Positions 25,970 to 32,000 of a stretch of 32,000 nt of DNA are shown here, piece after piece. The notes under the pieces are model-generated. The model was not told the DNA's origin. It saw nothing but the letters and a program-made list of their open reading frames with translations, and did no database searches. This DNA comes from Candidatus Heimdallarchaeota archaeon B3_Heim (lineage in GTDB: Archaea > Asgardarchaeota > Heimdallarchaeia > Hodarchaeales > Hodarchaeaceae): assembly GCA_003144275.1 (NCBI GenBank), contig NJBF01000016.1:30001-62000 (forward strand). Direction: 5' to 3'. The translations under genes and the position numbers were made by a program. Position 1 is the first letter of the stretch, and every line of letters starts with the position of its first letter.

Positions 25970-26800
25970 TTATCGTAGTTTCCCATAACAATGTGGGCAA
26001 AAAAACGCGTTATTGGGTACTTGTTTTCCACAGAACTTACACCCAGCTTGTGCCCCTCCTTTAGGTACCGCCTTTTTCACAACAGTTCTTTTTTGTGTAG
26101 GTTGACCTTTTGTAGAGGAAATAGCCATCTTTGGTCGCTTCTTGTTTGTACTAGGTTTAGCTCCACCTGATCCACCACTCCATTGGAGTGTAGGTTCCCA
26201 TCCACCTGCGGGAGCAGCTCTTTTTCTTTTAACTTTTGGTGCCTTGCCTTGTCTTAAACCAACCACGGTCACAATAACGCCACTTAAAGCAAGTAATACT
26301 GGCGTAAGAATCCCTAAAAATTGAACAATCACAACTCGGCGGGTAAAAATCCTAATTGGCGATGATCCTGTATTTGATACCCTGATAAATACGTTTGCCT
26401 CCTCTCCTTGTGAAAGAGGATCAAAAAATGATAGAGAAATTTGTTTACTTGACGTTCCTTCTGGTTTATCATAACTTCTTGTGGTACCAGCAAGAGATGC
26501 ACCAGTTGGGAAACTATTAGTCTTGAATATAAGTGAAAATTCACAAGAGTAAGCAGCATCAGCAGAAAAGATGAAAATAACCTTTAAATTTAACATTAAC
26601 GGCGATGCAGGTATCCTCCCGACTTCTACTTCCCCTGCAAGGTTACCAGCAGATATTGTCACTTCGTTAGTTAAATCCGATGTTCTTCCCCCAAAAGGTG
26701 GAAAAACAATCCATGCAACATTAAATAATGAAAAGACTATAACTCCGATGATTACTAATCCAATTCCCAGAACACTTAATTTCGACGCCATTTTTACCAC
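25970..26800 (-). CDS. Membrane protein with two TM helices, a basic low-complexity linker and a C-terminal zinc ribbon
   Basis: TM segments at both ends of a beta-rich ectodomain; K/R/G-rich tail; CKFC...CPHC. Confidence 0.75.
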   Translation of the reverse strand: MVKMASKLSVLGIGLVIIGVIVFSLFNVAWIVFPPFGGRTSDLTNEVTISAGNLAGEVEVGRIPASPLMLNLKVIFIFSADAAYSCEFSLIFKTNSFPTGASLAGTTRSYDKPEGTSSKQISLSFFDPLSQGEEANVFIRVSNTGSSPIRIFTRRVVIVQFLGILTPVLLALSGVIVTVVGLRQGKAPKVKRKRAAPAGGWEPTLQWSGGSGGAKPSTNKKRPKMAISSTKGQPTQKRTVVKKAVPKGGAQAGCKFCGKQVPNNAFFCPHCYGKLR

Positions 26801-26969
26801 TCAAACATCGTTAAATCCGTGTATTTTTTTGACTTAAATACTTACTATTGGAATTTTACTTGGAGGTTAAATAAATATTTCGAATTTCACAAGTAATTTC
26901 CTCCTGAAATCGAAAGGCATAAATGATTCAAAAATGAAAATCTTTCAATAATCTTGATGAGGTCTTGCT

Positions 26970-28103
26970 ATGAAAAAACAAGTTGGAATTATGTTAATAT
27001 TGTATTTCTTCATGCTTAGTGGTCAACCACTTACAGCAAATAATGCAACAATCAATGAACCCCTCCAAAAAATTGCCGTGATACTTGATTCACCAGAATT
27101 CTATCATTCTTCGTATACCGATGACGTTCTTAGGGGGTTTAAGTACATTAATCAGACATACCAGATTGATTTTGACGTATTTCAGCTCGAAAATTATACA
27201 CGTAACAAGATAGCCCCATATGAAGTTACTTATACTTACAATGGATCAAGTACAAATCATACTCACCTTACTGAAACTCTGATACAGACTAATCAGTATG
27301 ATTTGTTTGTACTTGTAGGATATGAATTAAGGAGAGAATTTAATGTTTCAGCTTATTCTGAAACTAATTTCCTGTTTTATGATTTAGCGGGAGCGTTTCC
27401 AACTTTTACAGGTACAAGTATTCCTGACAATCTATTTGTAGTGAGTTTTCAAGAAAATGAGACAGCCTTCATTGCTGGATCATTAACAGTTGCAGAATTT
27501 TATCCTTTACCTCCTAAGATTGGAATAGTTGGTTCTTGGAAAGGAGACGCAAGGACTCGTCAATTGATTGCAGGGTTTCAAAGTGCTATATTTAGAAATA
27601 CTACAGATATAGATATTTCGATATCTTACATCGATACATATATTGATCAAGAAAAAGTCCAGACTATTGGTTCTGAGTTTTCTAATCAGAATATCGAACT
27701 AGTTTTTACCGCTCTTCAAGCTAATAACACCTTAACTATGCTTAACTCAGTTACAAGCGGAGATGTGGTTTGTGTGGATTTGAATCAATCCATGAGTGTG
27801 ATGAAAAACAATACACGTGTGTTAACCGAAATTTTCAAATCTTTTAACGATACTCAAGGATTTTTCGGAGGTATCGCGGCCAGTTTTGGAATATCTGATA
27901 ACATATTCTATGCTAATGGATGGTCTGATCCTTCGGTCGTCAATAAGACCATGGTTGAATTGTACGAGGAAGTTATAGCTGGGGACCTGATTATCCCAAC
28001 CGATGTGAAGTACGCTTCAAATACTCCAAATATATCTTTGTTAATGGTTATCCTAGTTATTTTACCAATTCTATCAAAGAGAAGAAGAAGATCGATCCGA
28101 TAA
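26970..28103 (+). CDS. BMP/PnrA-family substrate-binding protein, membrane-anchored
   Basis: FQENETAFIAG and KIGIVG...AGF motifs; signal peptide and C-terminal TM; adjacent to a nucleoside phosphorylase. Confidence 0.75.
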   Translation: MKKQVGIMLILYFFMLSGQPLTANNATINEPLQKIAVILDSPEFYHSSYTDDVLRGFKYINQTYQIDFDVFQLENYTRNKIAPYEVTYTYNGSSTNHTHLTETLIQTNQYDLFVLVGYELRREFNVSAYSETNFLFYDLAGAFPTFTGTSIPDNLFVVSFQENETAFIAGSLTVAEFYPLPPKIGIVGSWKGDARTRQLIAGFQSAIFRNTTDIDISISYIDTYIDQEKVQTIGSEFSNQNIELVFTALQANNTLTMLNSVTSGDVVCVDLNQSMSVMKNNTRVLTEIFKSFNDTQGFFGGIAASFGISDNIFYANGWSDPSVVNKTMVELYEEVIAGDLIIPTDVKYASNTPNISLLMVILVILPILSKRRRRSIR

Positions 28104-28128
28104 TCCGTAAGCAGGAGTAAAAAATTAA

Positions 28129-28926
28129 ATGAAAGAGGCCCTTTGTATCATTGGTGGATCTGGATTCTATGATTTTTTACCCTCTCCATCAGAAAAACTT
28201 GTGGAAACTCCATTTAGCCCAGAACCCGTAGTGATTTATTACTCCGAAGTAGATAATAGAGATTTGTATTTTCTACCTCGTCATGGTAAGGGCCATTCGA
28301 TTCCACCCCATCGTATTAATTTCAGAGCGAATATTTATGCACTACATCATCTTTCAATCTCTAGAGTGCTATCAACAAGTGCAGTAGGTAGTGCTCAGAT
28401 TGAAATCAGACCTGGAACTTATGTGCTCTTAGATCAATTTATTGATTTTATTCGTCCAATCACATTCTTTGAAGACGGTTTCAGTGTTAAATTTACTGAT
28501 GGACATGAATTATCAGGTGTGGTACATACCGATATGACTCAACCTTATTGCACAGATTTACGTCACCATATTTCTGAAGTACTCTCACAAATTCCTCATT
28601 CCCGACTTCATGGGACGTATTGTTGTGCGGCAGGTCCAAGATTTGAGACCCCTGCAGAAATAAAAGCTTTCCAATCCATGGGTGGAGATGTTGTTGGTAT
28701 GACCAATTCCTCCGAAGCAATCCTCTGTCGTGAACTGGGGATATGTTACAGTTCAATTGCTGTAGTAACCAACTTCGCTGCAGGACTTCAGCAACAGGTG
28801 AATCATCAGGAAGTTATCGATTTATTTAACCAACGAGCGTCTGAGCTAAAGAATATTCTAAATGATGTAATAGAACTCATCCCCCCAAACAAAACGTGTT
28901 CATGCAGGAGTCATCTCTCTGAATAA
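28129..28926 (+). CDS. mtnP: MTAP-family nucleoside phosphorylase (VTNFAAG suggests methylthioinosine/6-oxopurine preference)
   Basis: IIGGSG, FLPRHG, NFRANI, GPRFETPAE, VGMT, VTNFAAG. Confidence 0.88.
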   Translation: MKEALCIIGGSGFYDFLPSPSEKLVETPFSPEPVVIYYSEVDNRDLYFLPRHGKGHSIPPHRINFRANIYALHHLSISRVLSTSAVGSAQIEIRPGTYVLLDQFIDFIRPITFFEDGFSVKFTDGHELSGVVHTDMTQPYCTDLRHHISEVLSQIPHSRLHGTYCCAAGPRFETPAEIKAFQSMGGDVVGMTNSSEAILCRELGICYSSIAVVTNFAAGLQQQVNHQEVIDLFNQRASELKNILNDVIELIPPNKTCSCRSHLSE

Positions 28927-29134
28927 AATCAAGTCTGAAGTCGGAAAGTGATATTTTCGCTGTTTCACTTAGATGTAAATCATTTTAGTAAGAATTACTT
29001 TATACTCTTCGTTGAGCTTCTCGAGATAAACATCACTACACTTAAGTAAAAATTCTATTATTCTATGTCCTAGTGAGTAATCCACATTCCAGCAAGGAAA
29101 ACTTGAAATTGCTGGACCATGGAAGGTTAATAAT

Positions 29135-30298
29135 ATGGTTCAAACAGAACATCTTTTTACTTCTGAATCAGTAACCGAAGGACATCCAGATAAAATGGCT
29201 GATGCAATATCGGATAGTATCCTTGATGCGATACTGACAAAGGACCCTGAGGCACATGTTGCATGCGAAACTTACCTTACAACTGGTATGGCGCTTGTTG
29301 GTGGTGAAATTTCAACTAATACATATGTAGACATTCAAAAAGTGGTTCGGCAAAAAATCAAAGAAATTGGTTACGTAAATTCAGATATGGGTTTTGATTA
29401 TAAGAGCGTAGCAGTACTTAATGCTATTCATGAACAAAGTTCTGATATAGCCCAAGGAGTTAAACGGTCAACACCCGAAGAACAAGGAGCTGGAGATCAA
29501 GGGATGATGTTCGGATATGCGTGCTCGGAAACGGATTCTTTTATGCCTTTACCAATTACACTTGCCCACAGCTTAACTAGTAGGCTGGCAGAAGTACGTA
29601 AAAATGGAAAACTTCATTGGTTACGACCCGATGGGAAATCTCAGGTAACGGTTCAATACAAAGGTGGTGTACCCTCTAAAGTTCTATCTGTGGTCATTGC
29701 AGCACAGCATTCATCAGAAGTGACCCATTCGCAAATTAAAGAGGAGATCATTGAAAATGTTATCAATCCTGTTATACCATCGATGTATCTAACCGAAAAT
29801 ACTGAATTCTTTGTAAATGAAACAGGACGATTTGTAATTGGAGGTCCTCACGGCGACACTGGACTTACTGGCAGAAAAATAATTGTAGATACTTATGGTG
29901 GTGTAGGTTCACATGGTGGTGGGTGTTTTTCTGGAAAAGATCCTTCTAAAGTTGACCGTTCAGGATCTTACGCTGCACGCTGGGCCGCAAAAAATGTTGT
30001 TGCTGCGGGATTAGCGAAAAAGTGTGAGATACAAATCGCATATGCGATAGGAGTTTCAAAACCATTATCCATTTATCTCGAGACAAAAAGAACTAATAAA
30101 ATCCCAGAGAAAATTATTCTTGACCTTATCAAAACATATTTTGATTTCCGACCTGGAATGATCATTCAGAGGTTGAATCTCAAGCGTCCAATTTTTGCTA
30201 AAACAGCTGCTTATGGTCACTTTGGAAGAGAAGATCCTGATTTTACATGGGAAAAGACTGATATTGCTCCTATCTTAAAAGAAAACGCAGGTCTTTGA
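29135..30298 (+). CDS. metK: Methionine adenosyltransferase, bacterial/eukaryotic type
   Basis: [65 protein letters not shown]. Confidence 0.97.
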   Translation: MVQTEHLFTSESVTEGHPDKMADAISDSILDAILTKDPEAHVACETYLTTGMALVGGEISTNTYVDIQKVVRQKIKEIGYVNSDMGFDYKSVAVLNAIHEQSSDIAQGVKRSTPEEQGAGDQGMMFGYACSETDSFMPLPITLAHSLTSRLAEVRKNGKLHWLRPDGKSQVTVQYKGGVPSKVLSVVIAAQHSSEVTHSQIKEEIIENVINPVIPSMYLTENTEFFVNETGRFVIGGPHGDTGLTGRKIIVDTYGGVGSHGGGCFSGKDPSKVDRSGSYAARWAAKNVVAAGLAKKCEIQIAYAIGVSKPLSIYLETKRTNKIPEKIILDLIKTYFDFRPGMIIQRLNLKRPIFAKTAAYGHFGREDPDFTWEKTDIAPILKENAGL

Positions 30299-30609
30299 TC
30301 TTCATAAACAGATTTGATTTCGTCTAAGGATTGTAAATGGTCAACGAATGATTGAACATCGTCTTTCATAACCTGAAAATGTAGAATCGCTGAAGGATCT
30401 CCTGTTAATGTATGAGGATTCAAGTAAATTCCGAAATGATCAATGGCGCCTATTTTAATTAACTTATCGATCCGAGCTTTAACAGTGGGAACAGTAAGCA
30501 TCAGTTCCTCTGCTAGTTCGGAATACGTTACACGTCCTTTCTCATTTAGTCGATTCAAAATTGTTAAATAAGAAGAATCTAAATTTATTAGGGAATTAGT
30601 TCACTTCAT
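30217..30609 (-). pseudogene. Lrp/AsnC-family regulator, probably damaged
   Basis: HTH LDSSYLTILNRL...TYSELAEELMLTVPTVKARIDKL. An in-frame TGA (30603-30601) follows ATG 30609, and the C-terminus runs 82 nt into the metK antisense strand instead of completing the RAM domain. Confidence 0.6.
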
Positions 30610-30958
30610 CTGAATAACTTGTTTTGTCTAGAAAGATCAATCGATAAGTAATTACTTAAAATATTAAAGCTCTACCTAAATTGACTACCTTTCAATTAGA
30701 AACGGGAATTTCCAATAATGATTTTCCTCTTTTGTTTCAACGAAATTAACACCTTTTAACTTGTATCTTATTATAATCTGAATCCTTTAATTTTTAAGTG
30801 CATGATCCTATAAGCGAAATTTGTAGAGGGTAAAATAAGTGAAAAGAACAAATATAGGATTTTTTTAGGATTTAGCCCTTAATCATTACTTTATTCGGAT
30901 TAAATTAACTTTAAATCCACGTTCTTTAAAAATTATGGTAAAATAAGGTGATAAAAAG

Positions 30959-32000
30959 ATGTCACAAATCCTTAAATGCGCAATTTGCGATTATACAGAA
31001 CCTGTTCCAATGCATTGTAGACAATCCATGCATTTAGAATTAATTGATGGTAAAGAGCAATTAGTCTGCTGGATGGGTCCTTCTTGTGGGGTTCAGGATT
31101 TACCTGAGCATCACGGATCTCCGATGGAGCTTATTAAGTCATTGGAAGAAAAATTACCACAGAAAATAGAAGAAATTCCAATTTCCAAGGATGTAGAACA
31201 GAAAACAGAATCACGATTAGTTTGTCTGGAATGTAATTTTTCAGAAGCTATTCCAATGCATTGCAAACAACCCATGCACATCGAGTCAATCGGCGGTAAT
31301 GAGCAATTAGTCTGCTGGATGGGTCCTTCTTGTGGTGTACAAGACATTCCAACTCATTGTGGAAAACCTATGACACTTGAGGAAGGAGATTCTTCTGAAC
31401 GAGTCGATTCTCCTGAATTAGAAGATGGAGGAAAATCCTCTTCCTTTAAAGAAAAAGAAGATCCATTAAGTGGATCCTCTTCCTTGAAAAATGTTAATTT
31501 ATCGATAACTGGTATGACTTGTGCCTCTTGTGTAGCTTCTGTGGAGAAAAAGTTAAGTAAAGTGAGTGGGGTACACAAGGTTAATGTAAACTTAATGACA
31601 GAAAAAGCCAATATAATTTTTGATCCCGAAAATGTTTCCATAAAGAAATTAATTGCCGATGTGGAAAGTATTGGTTATGGAGCAGAGAATCTAGAGGTGA
31701 AGGCGGGAGCTGCAAATCAGCTTGATTTAAAAATTGAGGGTATGACTTGTGCAAGTTGTGTGAGCTCTATCGAAAAATCTCTTACAAATGTTGCTGGAGT
31801 AACAAATATTACAGTAAACTTAACAACAGAAAAAGCCCACGTAAAATTCGATCCATCAGTCATCAGTGAAACTGAGGTAATAAAGCGAATTGAAAACGTT
31901 GGATATGGGGCTACACCAATTATTTCAGATATGAGGACTGAAGATCGAGAAAAGTTAGCACGAGAACGGGAGTACAAACGTCAAAAAATGAAATTATTAT
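30959..32000 (+). CDS. copA: Heavy-metal (Cu+) P1B-type ATPase CopA, 5' portion (runs off the window)
   Basis: Not in the ORF track. Manual translation from ATG 30959 (GGTGA RBS) is open to the window end, with two HMA domains (GMTCASC x2) preceded by two Cys/His/Met repeats. The ATPase core lies outside the window, so identity is inferred. Confidence 0.8.
   Translation, partial: MSQILKCAICDYTEPVPMHCRQSMHLELIDGKEQLVCWMGPSCGVQDLPEHHGSPMELIKSLEEKLPQKIEEIPISKDVEQKTESRLVCLECNFSEAIPMHCKQPMHIESIGGNEQLVCWMGPSCGVQDIPTHCGKPMTLEEGDSSERVDSPELEDGGKSSSFKEKEDPLSGSSSLKNVNLSITGMTCASCVASVEKKLSKVSGVHKVNVNLMTEKANIIFDPENVSIKKLIADVESIGYGAENLEVKAGAANQLDLKIEGMTCASCVSSIEKSLTNVAGVTNITVNLTTEKAHVKFDPSVISETEVIKRIENVGYGATPIISDMRTEDREKLAREREYKRQKMKLL
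31055..31335 (+). repeat. Exact 35-bp direct repeat (31055-31089 and 31301-31335) within the duplicated N-terminal domain of CopA
   Basis: GAGCAATTAGTCTGCTGGATGGGTCCTTCTTGTGG read at both positions, 246 nt (82 codons) apart. Confidence 0.92.

Noticed and set aside
31111-31977. Minus-strand ORFs 31111-31347, 31354-31641 and 31717-31977
   Set aside because: Antisense shadows of the + strand CopA frame starting at 30959.
1-32000. CRISPR arrays, tRNA and rRNA genes
   Set aside because: No regularly spaced repeats or cloverleaf/rRNA signatures seen. The only exact long repeat noticed (35 bp) is intragenic in copA.

Overview
AT-rich archaeal chromosome segment, most likely from an Asgard archaeon. 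This is inferred from a TFB, a DGGGP-synthase-like UbiA protein, a profilin and a roadblock/longin-like protein. Housekeeping genes include korAB, an ino1/UbiA/polyamine/polyprenol-kinase operon, yjbQ, tfb, hflX, a membrane-anchored subtilase, a PPi-type phosphofructokinase, a BMP-nucleoside phosphorylase-metK cluster and the 5' end of a CopA-type ATPase. The most striking region is an ~8 kb nucleic-acid-modification island (11036-18930). It has two divergently transcribed, zinc-motif-less TGT/DpdA-like paralogs, a DUF6884-like gene and two different adenine DNA methyltransferases, but no recognisable nuclease, DpdB/C or preQ0-synthesis genes. One methyltransferase is an internally duplicated pseudo-dimer (dead catalytic copy with a TRD, plus an active copy without one). 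Other observations are a BpsA-AdoMetDC fusion, an FKBP-TM-Cys8 finger membrane protein, a His-less PEP-mobile domain, an unusual tandem Cys/His/Met domain on CopA, a damaged Lrp gene overlapping metK, and a structured intergenic element bounded by a 12-bp repeat. All assignments come from motif recognition by eye; no database searches were run.
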